Origin: Antedon mediterranea
Taxonomy: Eukaryota; Animalia; Echinodermata
NCBI RefSeq assembly: GCF_964355755.1
Contig: NC_092674.1
Span: 10,416,001-10,480,000 of the forward strand
Length of the DNA stretch: 64,000 bases
Direction: 5' to 3'
Position numbers and translations under genes: made by a program. The notes under the pieces were generated by a model. It had not been told where the DNA came from. It saw only the letters and a program-made list of their open reading frames with translations, and made no database searches. This document shows positions 12,780 to 26,347 of the stretch, in pieces. The stretch's first letter is position 1, and every line of letters starts with the position of its first letter.

Positions 12780-13590
12780 CCCTTAATAGAGGTGTCTCAT
12801 TAATATGCCATTGAATAGGGGTAGACTGTAGTGTTAAAACATATACTTCCTCTCATTCTGTTCCCTTAATAAAGGTGTCTCATTAATATGTGTCCATTGA
12901 ATAGGGGTAGACTGTAGTGTTAAAACATATACTTCCTCTCATTCTGTTCCCTTAATAGAGGTGTCTCATTAATATGTGTCCATTGAATAGGGGTAGACTG
13001 TAGTGTTAAAACATATATACTTCCTCTCATTCTGTTCCCTTAATAGAGGTGTCTCATTAATATGTGTCCATTGAATAGGGGTAGACTGTAGTGTTAAAAC
13101 ATATTACTTCCTCGCATTCTGTTCCCTTAATAGAGGTGTCTCATTAATATGTGTCCATTGAATAGGGGTAGACTGTAGTGTTAAAACATATACTTCCTCT
13201 CATTCTGTTCCCTTAATAGAGGTGTCTCATTAATATGTCTCCATTGAATAGGGGTAGACTGTAGTGTTAAAACATATACTTCCTCTCATTCTGTTCCCTT
13301 AATAGAGGTGTCTCATTAATATGTCTCCATTGAATAGGGGTAGACTGTAGTGTTAAAACATATATACTTCCTCTCATTCTGTTCCCTTAATAGAGGTGTC
13401 TCATTAATATGTGTCCATTGAATAGGGGTAGACTGTAGTGTTAAAACATATACTTCCTCTCATTCTGTTCCCTTAATAGAGGTGTCTCATTAATATGTCT
13501 CCATTGAACAGGGGTAGACTGTAGTGTTAAAACATATACTTCCTCTCATTCTGTTCCCTTAATAGATGTGTCCCCTTAATAGGGGTCCAA
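12780..13590. repeat. Tandem satellite, ~86-bp unit, about 9 copies, inside a pogo-like MITE (12556-13606)
   Basis: Unit CCTTAATAGAGGTGTCTCATTAAT...CATTCTGTTC; outer ends CAGTGAAACCCC...GGGGTTAAACTG-TA. Confidence 0.9.
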
Positions 13591-15061
13591 AGCAGGGGTT
13601 AAACTGTATAAATTATTACACTAGGAAAATGACCTCCTTTTTCCTGTAGTGATTTTGGAGTGCAAATGAAGACTCTATAATCTTAATAATAACAGACAGA
13701 ATAAAAACATAAGCTAGACTAAATCAATATTAATCAATTCCAATCAATTATCACACTAAAGCAGACCTAATTATATTTATAAAATCAATACAACTTGAAA
13801 TTTACACCGACTTCAAGGTGAATATAGACAGAATAGGTAATTATATGTAAGTTGCCAGGATCTTTGCCAGGATCTTTGTGTTAAAAGTTTCATTTGAATT
13901 GTTTGGTTTCAAAACTTTATGTTTACTAATTTTTACTCTTAATAAAGGGTATTTTGTTATTTAAACTCTAGTTGGAAGGATCTGTATGTGCAAAGTGTTA
14001 TTTTAATGCATTGTATGGCTTCAATGCAGTAAGGCTACAAATTTGTATACACTGTTATTAATATTGTAGTACAGGAGAACAATGGTCTATTAATGCAGTA
14101 TTGTTATTATAACAGTTTTTAAAAAAGAAAACAGAATTTGTAAAATATATTTTTTATTTAAAAAATAAGCAAAATTATTATCAAAATTGGAAGTAAAAAA
14201 ACCTAATCTAATTGTGATAATCATAATTTCTATGAGATCAATATGCATTTAATATTTCTATGACTACAAAGTTTATATATATAGACATTATAAAAAGGTA
14301 TAGGCTTTAAATATAAATTAAGTAGGCAATCAAATGCATAACAACATAATGTATTGACAACATACAATTCTACTGTATATTAAAGATTCATTTATTCACC
14401 AATGGAAAATTACTTCCATTGTCATTTGCATATAAAATATACATATAAATTATGGTGTTCTCTGAGATATACAAAAATAGATAAATAAAAAACTAACAAA
14501 AACAATTACAATTAAGTGTCACATCACTCTTGTACGGTATACTGATAATCATTCAGTGCCCAAATGGAACATGGATAAAAGCTGTTACGAAACCTATTTG
14601 TACGAGATATGATGGACCGGAAACGTCTACCGCTACTTAAAAACCTCAAATACATTTTATAGAATATGTTTTCTGAATTAATCAATTTTCAAAAACGAAT
14701 TCAATAGAGCTCTGCTCAATTCTAATGATACGTGAGATGCATACAACATGTTGTAGAACTTTACTAATATACTCTTATCATTACTTGTGGCTCAAACATT
14801 ACTATTTAATATTTATAACTATTTTTTAATCAATTTTTTCCAAAATAAAATTGCTTATAGTAGATTTATAGTCGATAATTATCAACTCATTAAAAAACTA
14901 AAAGTTTAGACTTTTATTCTAGTAAATTTTTGGTCTAAATGAGTTGTATGTGCTTCTGAAGTGGTAGTAGATACAGGAATTGAAAAACATGGGAGAAAGG
15001 TGAGATGGGGCTAATACAAGATACAACGTAATGTACAGGCAGCAAAAGTCATCCACCAAAC

Positions 15062-15137
15062 TGACACCCGACAGGACTTGAACCCATGACCCTGAGTTCG
15101 GTAGCTGAGCATCTTAACCACTAAGAACAACTCCAAT
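15062..15137 (-). mobile_element. tRNA-like SINE head
   Basis: TTAGTGGTTAAG A-box and GGGTTCAAGTCC B-box; similar heads at ~24620-24692 (-) and ~29588-29650 (+). Confidence 0.6.
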
Positions 15138-16503
15138 TTATGTTCATATCATTTACTCTTTTATAAATTATCAACATTAAAACTGTATATATTAAAGATG
15201 TTGTTGTCTTATTGTATGTAAAAGTAAATATTATTTAAATTAGACTTTGAATAGGCCATTTTCTAGAAGTTATTTACTTCCGTAGAAAAAAATAATTAAA
15301 CAAAAATAATGGTTTCACCAAAAACCCATTCGCTGACAGACAATTTGACAATTTTTTCAGGTAAATTATCCTTTTTTCGATCAAATTTTTGGTTAAAGTT
15401 AATAATAACTATTGTGTGAAATTTAAATGGCAGATATACAAATTGTTAACAATATCTTTAATAACTTCAATAATTTTGTTTGATACTATGGCAACATAGA
15501 GTAATATTGTAGTTTTTTCTTAGTGATCTTATGACTTTTGATGTCAATTTCCACCTGTTCCTGTAAATGACTGATTACAATCATTTCTCTGTATTCTTTT
15601 TCAAACTCACACAGCAATAACAACAGGTGATTTGTGGATATTTTCACTATACCAGAGTTAATGACTGTAAATGCATATTTAATGATGTCCCACCTTTTAC
15701 AGGAAAACAATTCCTATAAACTATAAATGAAAAGGTAATTCATCTGCAAAATAGTTTTTAGTTTCTTCTTCTTCTTTTTTTATTCAATAATTACAGATCA
15801 AAGAATATTTAACAATTTTAAAAAATGGTAATGACGTTCTTGAATTCATCGTTTCCTCTTAATTTTTTAATTTTATACACATCTGCTAGTAACTTGCCAA
15901 TTACAAGGATGGATGAAATGCAATTAAACAGTGTGTATATTCATTATTAATTGTGATTTTATTTCGTCGTTCTCTTTCCATGTTAAAGCTGTTGGATGTT
16001 GTACTCATAATTCTAAATCTTTTATCTGTTCCTTTTTGCTGTGTCATTGCTACCAAAAATGAATTATTTCTCTCTCAGTTTTCTTTTTGAACAATTGTGT
16101 TGAAAAAGATAATTCCATTGAACTTTTTTTTGATAGTTATCAATGTTTTTGTATTATTTTTTATTGTTTTAACAATCTATTAGTGGCGGTTTTTCCATAT
16201 TAGGTTAAATTAAGTTAATAATGATTTCGCTTGTTTGTTGCTTATAACATACTGACTGTAGGTTATTGTTTTATACTATATATACATCTGTGGTAATAAT
16301 TGGTAGATAAAAATGTTGAATATAATTCGGAAATGAACTAAAAATGTATACAATGTCAAGTCATACAGATTAACAGCATAACAGGAAAACCCCCTGCATG
16401 TTTTCATGTAAGAAACAATATAATCTTTGCATGTGTTCAAACCAAATAGCATCACGTTACCATGGCAATAACATAGGATAAGTAACAACAGTGATATATC
16501 TAC

Positions 16504-16647
16504 CTTCTCCTTCGTGTATGATGTATTCCACAGGGTTCGTGATGCCCGACCTTGAGTCTTGCGGAGTGACCAGGGCGAGTTTCACATTCTTGAACCGTGG
16601 GTCCATGTAATCTAGCTCACAAAAATCTTCTAGTATTAATTTTACAT
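16504..16647 (-). CDS. NSUN7: NSUN7-like exon 6 (motif IV region ALVTPQDSRSGITNPVEYI)
   Basis: NPVEYI..EG is characteristic of NSUN7; phase 1-1. Confidence 0.9.
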
Positions 16648-16936
16648 CTAAAAAACACATCATAGGAAAATGTATAGCGCCAAAAATAATGTTTGATTCT
16701 TCTGGAAAGTATTTGAAGTAGCGGAGTATCATAAAAACCGGAATTGTATGTTGTATGGAAACCGTCTGGAAGGAGTTGTGGGTTTAAGAGTAATGTGATA
16801 TGACTGGAATTTGTATTGAGAAGGTTTTAAACTACTAGAGTGGGGTGGGCGAGAGGTAAAGCTCTAGGGAGACGTATTTATTCTAATAAATAAATAATAA
16901 ATAAATAGTAATATAATTAATTAACATGAAGGATAC
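16648..16936 (-). other. Probable U12-type (minor spliceosome) GT-AG intron
   Basis: Donor GTATCCTTC; branch-like TTTTCCTATGAT about 10-20 nt before AG; phase 1; the frame joins correctly. Confidence 0.75.
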
Positions 16937-17147
16937 TATGTATTCCCAGTCTTTCCATATTGCTTGTAAGTTGTTCAAATCGTTCTTCTGTTTTCACGCC
17001 ACAAGCGTAGATTATGCTCTTATCTTGATTGCATATGGAGGCTATATGTGCTGTCGTCCAACCAGACCCTACCATTGTGTGTATAATGTCCTCGCCATCA
17101 TTTAATAACGACTTTAAAGAGTGCGGTCCTAAACAACTCGTCTTATC
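16937..17147 (-). CDS. NSUN7: NSUN7-like exon 5 (DKTSCLGPHS...GSGWTTAHI)
   Basis: QDK.S motif and degenerate motif I. Confidence 0.9.
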
Positions 17148-17667
17148 CTGAAACAAAACAGATATATAAACAAATTTCTCATTTTTCTCTCTTTTTAAAT
17201 TCAATTTAATTCATAAATCAGTTGGTAAGTCAATGACAATTGTGATACAATAATAAGCCTAAGCAAAGTCCTATACAAACAGCTTTTAATTTATTTTCTT
17301 CTTTTTTCAACTGGGTAGCCACTTTGGTTCTCCCAGAGTGGTCAGTATAAGAGACTCACAATCAAAATACAGATACAAAACACCAAAAAAAAAAACATAG
17401 GGGTTTGGAACAATAATCAGCTTTTAATTTATTTATATCTTTTTTTAACTGGGTAGCCACTTCAGTATATAGATGGTTTTTCCAGAGGGGCCAGTATAAA
17501 AGATTCACAGAACAATCAAAATACAGATACAAAACAACAGAAAAAACATAGGGGTTTGGAACAATAATCTATTTTCAACAGCAAATATAAAAATAAATGT
17601 CTCATAAATGAGTCGGCAAAATGGGAGTGGGCAAATTGAGATTTGAAAAACTGGTCGGATACCATAC

Positions 17668-17851
17668 CTGGATGACGAGGGCGCCAGATTTAACAAGATT
17701 GTGCGCTGATAACTCCTCACGCTGTTGAGCAGAGAACACTAGGACATTACAGCAATGCGTATCTTTGGCAAATGTGTATTCTTCCAACAGGTCTAAGCAG
17801 CCTAACTTTTGGTAACCATCTTCCTCTAATTCTGCTATTACATCTACAACA
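17668..17851 (-). CDS. NSUN7: NSUN7-like exon 4
   Basis: FAKDTHCCNVLVF...GALVIQ; AG/GT; phase 2-0. Confidence 0.85.
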
Positions 17852-19074
17852 CTACACAAAGCAAGACAACATTTTTTCATTAATTATTAATTTAAATTTT
17901 TAATTAATTATTATCGTTATTATTAAACACGTATCAGAAAAGTGTGGCTAATGTTTTAATTAACAAGATAAAACATTATTTTTTTATTTTTGTTACTGTT
18001 TGATGGGTTATTAACATACTCTTTATCAGGGAAACAATGTACAGTAACGTTATACTCTCTGAAAGGATCTGTAATGTGTCAAAAGTGTCATTTCAATCCA
18101 TTTTATGGGTTCATAGCAAGAGATTTGTGAAATAAGCATTATATAGATATATTCAAGTTATGAAATAAATTTCACTTTTAAGTGATTTTTTGATTATAAT
18201 CAATTTTGATTTAGAACAAAAATATCTGTAATTAATTTTTGTCTGTTGGTGTCTCTTTAAATATCTGTTATTTTATTTTTAAATAAATCAATGATTGAAT
18301 TACTATAAATAACTAATACTAAAGTAGCCTTCAAACATTAAACAAATATATTTTTCTTCATAATGCATATTGGTTGCCTTTAATCAAAAGAATAAACATC
18401 AAAAACCCTGTGCTAAGAATTAACTATTATTTATAACTAACCCCCTGTATTTGATATCAAATATGGTTACACATTACTAGGCCTCTAACTAAACAATGTT
18501 ACATAGGTGACGATGCTTAATGTGTTTATTTAAGAGGGTCCTTGGGGCACTCGTCAATATTGACATTTGAATTTGACTCAAAACGGAGTGCAATCAATAG
18601 CCTTGATAGAACCCTTGATACTAGAATCGTATTTGTAAATCCTCTAGTGCATCAATCCAAACTCTGTGACAATTGTTTTAAAAATGCATTGTCATTCCTG
18701 AAACAACTTAATAAATGTTATTTAAAATGATCACATAAAGAATAAATCCTCTTAACTCAAAAATGTATTGTTTAATATAAAATATTAGCAATATATACCA
18801 ACCTTCAGGTCCTCTCTAAGTGGTTTAAAAATGTAGTGTAAAATATTTTACAACAAACAACTGTATTCTCTTTATACAGGTAAACATTTGGGACACCACA
18901 AAGTGTCCTCTGACCTGAATAGGTGAAATATATTACAATTTCACATATTTCCCCTTGTTCATTTCCCTTCAGAATGTCCCCTGAATAGAGGTTTCCCAGC
19001 GGAAGGGGTTTTGCTGTATAAAAATATACAACATACTGAAATAAGTGTTTTAGTTTTATTAAATCAAATAATAC

Positions 19075-19358
19075 CTTAATTTAAGTTCGTTAACCCACGC
19101 ATATGTGGGTATCTGCGAGCCACATTTCTCTCGTTCTCGCACTGCTTCTGGCAGTAAATGCTCAACACTACGTGCTTGAAATTTTATCCTATTGCGTGCC
19201 AGTGATGCGTTTAACTTAGTCGTGTGCGCTATTAAGTCTTCTTCGATCTCCTGTATATACGGTATAATTGGGTCATCCCGAGTCTTTGGTAATTTCATGA
19301 ATTGTCGACTGATCATGTCACATAGAATAACCATGATTAGACTGTGATTTTCATCAGG
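19075..19358 (-). CDS. NSUN7: NSUN7-like exon 3
   Basis: TKLNASLARNRIK...LLPEAVR...YAWVN matches the NSUN7 N-terminal domain. Confidence 0.9.
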
Positions 19359-19545
19359 CTATAGTAATAAATAATAAAATATTACATTATAATAATGCCA
19401 CTTGATGGCATATACTAGCAATTACAAGCAATGGTCAAAGCTAATAGATTAAATTACACAAACCAAGAGTGATGTTTGTGCAGGGCGCACACCTTACAGA
19501 ATGCCGGTGTGTATGGTATGTAAACTCTACATTTTTGCTAGACAA

Positions 19546-19771
19546 TTGTCGTATTCGATTTAGACTTTCACCGTTGAGTACAGTTTTTCCGTTGAGTACT
19601 TCTTTAACGGAGTATTTTGAGCGTTGAGATTGTTCTTAACGAAAAAGCTTTCGTTGTCAATGTTTTCTATTGGAATGACTTTCTGTTGAGCACAAATTTA
19701 CAATTCGAATACAAAAAGTACTCAACGAATCTTTACGTTGACAACGAAAGTTCCCAATCGAATACGACAAA
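19546..19771. mobile_element. Small MITE with iterated CGTTGAG subterminal motifs
   Basis: TTGTCGTATTCGATT...AATCGAATACGACAA; no clear TSD. Confidence 0.65.
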
Positions 19772-20239
19772 TGTGTATATTAGTATCGCTTACCTGGATA
19801 AGCTGACATTATCCTCTCACCACAAAGTGGGGAACTATATGAAAAGAAGAATGTTTAGTGGACACCCCTACCTGACCCTGACAATGGGACAGTTCACTAC
19901 CATGTCCTCTAGTGGGAGTATCCCAACATACCTATATCTCGTTCCACTACAAATTCTTCTTTTCAAATTTGTTACCCACTTGTTAAATTTATATACTACC
20001 ATAATTGGAATAAAATTGCCTAAAGGTATAATAAGCTCAACTCATGTGAATAGGCACTACTGTATGCCTACAAACAACTTTCAAATCCTCTCGGATAAAG
20101 GTCCACCTTCCCACCACCAAATAAAAAGGAGGACAAACAAACTGAATGGAATGACTTTAGATAATTAAATACTACTTATTATCATCAATATTCCTTTAAT
20201 GAAAGGAATAAAAATAAAACGTTGCAGTTTCATTATTAC

Positions 20240-20647
20240 CAAAGAACTTATAACACAAGAATCTCCTGTTCTTCAATTTGCATTCAAAACACAGTATCGG
20301 AAGTACAGGGTTAAAAGGTCAAACTGGGCGACGCCATTTCACAGCATGGAGCAGCGCCCCCTCCAAACTAGGAAGTCAATTACTCTACCCCGCTAGAGTA
20401 TTAGCAGAACCCCTCTATGATTTTGACTTTCTAATTTGATGCGGGCGCCCTACTCCTCAGTCAATTACTCTACCCCCTAGAGCATTAGCAGATCCCCTCT
20501 ATGATTTTGACTTTCTAATTTGATGCGGGCGCCCTACTCCATGGCTCACAATGGCGCCACCCATAGCTCTATTCTATCCCACAATGCCTTTCGAAATTGT
20601 TACGCCGCTTCGGACGAACTGGAGATTCTTGTGTTATAAGTTCTTTG
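20240..20647. mobile_element. P/Galileo-like MITE with 7-bp TSD
   Basis: TTATTAC-[CAAAGAACTTATAACACAAGAATCTCC...GGAGATTCTTGTGTTATAAGTTCTTTG]-TTATTAC; internal ~85-bp duplication. Confidence 0.85.
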
Positions 20648-20774
20648 TTATTACTCATAATCATTCCATGAGATCGAAAATGACACACTGTAATTTTTGT
20701 ATTAATCAAGCACTTGAATAAAAACTTGTATGAATACCCATCATAAAGAAATAAACGCCAACTATTAAACCTAC

Positions 20775-20833
20775 CACTGTATTGTAACTATAGTAACCGC
20801 TATCAACTAACATATCTTCTAATAGCGTCTGGT
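20775..20833 (-). CDS. NSUN7: NSUN7-like exon 2 (YQTLLEDMLVDSGYY)
   Basis: 59 nt, phase 1-0; resembles NSUN7 KYQD.LE..L.DS; not in the ORF track. Confidence 0.85.
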
Positions 20834-23800
20834 CTAAAAAGAGAAAGAGAGTCATTAATTTATAATTAAGGAAACAGTAATACTCGTGCTGCTAAGAGAC
20901 GATAGACTAACAAATAGACTTAAACATGTAGTATGACAAAAAATTAAGAAAATCATTACTATTGAAAGAAATTAATAGTAATACATTTGTGTAAATATTA
21001 GTTGACAGATTAAGTGGTTATAGAGTAAAAGGAACGATTGTAGGCTGTTGATTGATGAGATCGCGTGTGGATTGATAGCGAGGCATGTCCACATTAAACT
21101 GTATTGGCAGTTAAGCTTGTCAATTAATTGAAAATATCGATCGAAATTTAAAAATATTGAAAATAATAGTGATCTGTTTATTTTTTTCCTATGGCAGGAC
21201 TGAAAGTGAGTGCAGATGAATGAGGGATTCATCATAATGACTCCCTCGTTCAGAGGATTATGAGAAAATATTGAATCTAGATTCTCATACATTTGATGAT
21301 GCACAATGATGTGTTCATACAGTAATAGGCCTACTGTACATGGTCTGTATGACAACATAATCTTTTTTAATTCAACTAAGACAGTCAATGAGAAATGAAT
21401 ACATGATTGTAAACGAGGTTATTTGTCACTGTCAGTTGTTTTTGACCAAATGAGAACAATCGTGGTACTGTGATAATGTCGTAATTTGAACCCATCGGAA
21501 CCCCTCCTGTAGCTCCTATCACTATAAAGGGACAACCCTATTAAGGGGACACCTGACGAACGAATGATGGATATTATATGTTTTAACAACAGGAAACCTT
21601 ATTTAAGAACACATACAAGGGACACTTGGTAAGTACTGTGTCCTAAAAATTCAAGTATTTCACAATAAATATTTAAAGATTTATCTATATAAAACTATTA
21701 GTTTACTAAACTATATTTACTTAAAGTTGAATAGGAGAATTTTCTAATTTTAAAGTGTTTTGACCCTTAGCCCAAGTGTACTGTAATCATGAATAAAATC
21801 ACCGGGAATAGGCAGTTTTTTTAAAACGCTAACTATAGTTTCAAGATTGCAATACCAGTAAGTCTGAGGCTTTTTTTTGGTACCATATTGTTTCTGGTCA
21901 ATTGAGAAAAATGTGACTAAGGCCATGATTTGACCCCAACACCTTGATATTGATAGACAATCGTGTAAACCACAAAGCTTTACAGTACGTTGCAACAATA
22001 CCGAAGAACAGATTTGTTAGAAATAAACAAGATAATTAAACAATATTAAACAATTCTTTATAAACCTGAATCAATTAATAAAGATCAACTGATGACCTTC
22101 TTGAAGAATCATTTCTTTCATTATATTTTTATTAATACATTTTGTAATAATCATTCATTAGACTTTCTCATCTCAAGGATTATTGGTATATTATTTTTTG
22201 ATAAACATATTACAATACAAGGTCTAATATTCTACAAATTAAGATAAATAATCAAGAAAAATTGAAAAACTATAAAGCAGTCCATGCATCATTCAGGGCC
22301 AAGTAAGAAAATGTTTATATGCTGCATGTTAAGTTCAAAGGCTTGTATCAATTGACATACTTTAAGCTTTTGATTTCGAGGAAAGGGGAAGGAGGGGGGA
22401 GGGGGTGAAGGTGGTTATTTGTAAACAGAGTACCTAGAATTATTTTCTTTGGCAAATCTGTTTGCTCCGATTCTGCCAATAAAGTAACTTCATGTTTCAT
22501 GGCTTTTAGTGAATACCTCAACCACAGCAACGATTTCAATCTAAATATTTTACTACATAACTAAATAAATCGAACACCTGGAAAGGTTTTATAGGATTCT
22601 ACTAATACTATTATTTTTGACTGCATGTATAATTCTATGGTGAGTTAATTAAAATGACTAATACCTAATAACATTCATTGATTGGGTTCATTAGTATTAT
22701 AGCCTCAGGTAAGAAGTTGCATATTTTAAGGTTTCAGTATTTAGACAGCTGAAAATGTCAAATTAATTACTATGCTCACAACAGTGGTTAATGTTCATAA
22801 TTGAAAAATTGCATACAAAACTACTCATTTGTACAAAAATAATCACCATTGGTACACTTCTATTCAGAGGGGTAGACACCCCTATTAAGTTTCACTTCGA
22901 GGGGACATCCCATTTTAAGAAGACAAGTGAAACAAATGAAGGACAATGTTTTAACAGCCAACCTCTATTCATGGGTCATTCGTATTTAGGGATACTTTGT
23001 AGCATACAATGCAAATGTCCCTCAATAGTCTTAATAAGGATTGAACTGATTTTTTTATTTTTTTATTGCCAACAAAAAAACAACATAAACATATCATTGA
23101 CAAAAGATGATAAGATTTACTTATAAAAACTAATCAAAGCTTAACACCAACTTGCCATGTTGAAATAATTAATTTCAAATGAAAAAAAAGAAGATGAATA
23201 TAAAGCTTTAAAGTTATGATAACTATAAATAAATAGCAAATAAAAAATGTGACAAACTAAAACTCCTAATATACAGTAAATAACAGTACTTTAAATATAC
23301 AGTATTTATTAAATAAATTTCTTTTATTTAACAATTTTAACCAATTTTTTTCTAAACGGCATATTAATGGAGAGAGTTCGTTCCATAACTCCATAATAGA
23401 GGTTGTTGGACAGGGAAGAGGTGGGCCATGGGACCTTTCTAAACCAGAATATGTCCTTACTGGCACAGTATCACTGGGATGATCTTTGAGGCTATGGTTA
23501 CTAATACTATATTTAAAAGCACTCAGAACATCATCAAATCTAGTCGGATGACAATTATTTGAATATTTTACTGAAAATAACATATTTGCATAGAATTCTC
23601 ATAAAATCCTTTACTTTTAAAAGGACTGGCGTGTACTACAGTACCTTCCAAATAAAGGGTTAACTTCAGCATACGAAGCTCAGTCAAATTCAGACGGAAA
23701 GCAATTATAAACTTTCTATGGAATGATTGCTAGTTTTACCGGAACTTCCCCAGAACTTAAAGTTTTGTAAACACACTAATTAGAAGAGTCTTTATCCGTT

Positions 23801-24947
23801 TTGAAGAACTGTTCTAATAACTGTTTTACTTTAAACTATTGACTCAACAATAATCGTTATTTATATCACTTCAAATACCTTTTAAAGCCTCCGATCCACT
23901 CTGTCTCAAAGTCCTGTTTCCGTGGCTACGCAATTAAATAAAATTTAATAATAAAACACCGACAAATTGAAACCTGCGGCAAAATTGCTTTAGACGGCCT
24001 CATGTAACTCTTAACAATAGCTCAGTATGTCTAGCCTAAGGAGCTTGTGTTATAAGTATTAACTCATAGTTTATTTAACAGCTTGAGTCTAGAAGCTAGT
24101 AATGGCTGCCTTACATACAATGACACTTGAGATAGGATATAAAAGTATAACTTTGTTTAAATCTACATGTACTTGAATTTTACAAATGTTTCTTTTTGAA
24201 AGACCTATAACTATATAAAAAACTTGAGTTTTTAATTTTAAGTTGGGGATTTCCCTCGTTTTTGTATACTTTTCGTTAGAAATTTCCTTGAACAAGAGAG
24301 ACAAATTTGAATTGTACACACAACTTTGTACTGGTATCATAATAGGTACATTATCTGATATAAATATTATGGGCGCTTGGAAACCATGATTTTCACATTC
24401 AGAACAAACAAATCTATCACAATATCTAAAAATAATATACAGTGACAAAAATACAAATACAGACTGCTCTACAGTATGTGTTTTCCAAAAAATCTAATTT
24501 TTCTTTTTAAAATACTGTCTATTTGCGTTTGGCCAAAAATTTGAATAAATTATGAAAATATAAATTGGCCATTTTGATTGATAATTGTATTGGTATAGTC
24601 AATGAGAACATAATATACTCTGGTGGTGGGACTTGAACCCATAACCTCCAGATTACCAGCCAGGCGCTGATATGTACCACTAGAACACTGAGCTTTTGCT
24701 GGTGGCTATTGGTTAGGTTAAAATAGATGTCTAAGCAAAATAATTGGAAACTACTTTTAAGTAGTTTCCAATTAAAATGCTTAGTTCCCACTACGAACAC
24801 AACACAAGGACATAACGGCATGATTTGACCAATCACAAACGATGGATTATTCGAATTGTCGCTTGTCATTGGTCAATTTGCTTGTGTTGCATACATCCTT
24901 GCATTCCATCTCTAGTGGGAACAACCACACAGAGAACTAGGTTGAAC

Positions 24948-24980
24948 CATTGAGAAAAATGTTATTATTATTTCTCTTTG
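24948..24980. mobile_element. 33-bp degenerate hairpin micro-insertion with 7-bp TSD
   Basis: GTTGAAC-[CATTGAGAAAAATGTTATTATTATTTCTCTTTG]-GTTGAAC. Confidence 0.7.
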
Positions 24981-26347
24981 GTTGAACTTTTGAAGAAGAA
25001 GAAGATTTTGTGTTCAGTTGAACCTGGTAAAGATTATTACTAGCCTTTGAACAATCCCTATGCACGCCTGGTATTTTAATCCTACATAAATCCAAGATAT
25101 ATTAAAAATAGATTGGTATGGATTAGTTACTTAACATACAAGCTGCTAAGGTTAGTAGAGTATTGCATTTAAAACATTTCGCATTCGTTTCATTTTCACA
25201 ATTTCCTAAATGAAACAAAATAAAACGATCATGAAAATTAAAGCAGAGAGCTGAATTTAAAGGCTTTCATAGATCAATGTATTCAATTTATGGTAGACAT
25301 TTTAAATTTATTTTCGTATATTTAGAACTAATTAATACACAAAACATTTTTAAGAAACTACGCACTGAGATCTGTTTGATGCATTTACTTAAATTGTTAG
25401 TCAAGTTTTTAATATCATCATTTAATTGTAAATCTTGAACTGTGACCTATTTTCTGCAAAGGATGAAATAAAGTTTATCTGTATCTATACCTGTACAAAG
25501 GCATAAGCAAACAAAATTAATAAAACTGTACCGCTTTGGCTTCCGAAATCAGTATTTGAGAAAAATTGAAAATAGCAATATACTAAGCAAATTCATGCGG
25601 CTCCAAAATTTGATGTTGTCGAAAACGTGACACTATTTAGTTAATGCCTAAAGATTTAAACTCTATGACTGATCAAAATATCTTTGGATATGCTTGCCTC
25701 TCAACCTCTGAGCTACAGTAGTAGGCTAACTGTACAAACCAACTGGTGAAAAGAAAGAAAATCTATTATACAATCTGCCATATTTTATAAACAAACCACT
25801 GATGTAAAAGTGATTTATTGCGAAAGAATGGCGTCACAAAACTTTGACGGAGCAGATGTTTTTACCAAACGTTTTTTTCTATGTGAATGTACATCAACAC
25901 TTGACAAGAACTCAGATCAGGAAAAGGACTTGTTAAATAAAAGAACTTTATTTGAAAGACACAAATATAATCAATTTCTATTCTATTCAAAAATATATTT
26001 TAAATTTTTTGTTGAATATGCCAATTTAATACCACATAAATAGTTACTGTATTTAAAATTGGATCGACAAAGCTACAAAATCAACAGTAGAAAATAGAAA
26101 ACAAATTAAATTAGCAAAATATCATCTTACAGGACCTATGAAAGTAGATATGTCACTGAAATATCTAGAATGCTTGGCCTATTTGCATTTATCTTTTAAT
26201 CTAAATCCAATTATAGTAATTCTAACTAATTTTAATAGGGCTATTGTAAAGCATACAATAAAAATTCAGGAGTATTATCATCCCCATCTCTCAGTCTGCC
26301 AGAGTTTGGTTTAACACAAGTAGGTAGATTTATGAGCCCTTGGTTTA

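Noticed and set aside
15062-15137. Functional tRNA gene
   Set aside because: Acceptor and anticodon stems pair poorly; it is a SINE head.
19617-20168. 183-aa ORF
   Set aside because: Starts inside a MITE; no recognisable motif or splice structure.
25135-25207. Possible NSUN7 coding exon
   Set aside because: Exon 1 joins 20775-20833 with the correct conserved motif; this segment has no family similarity.
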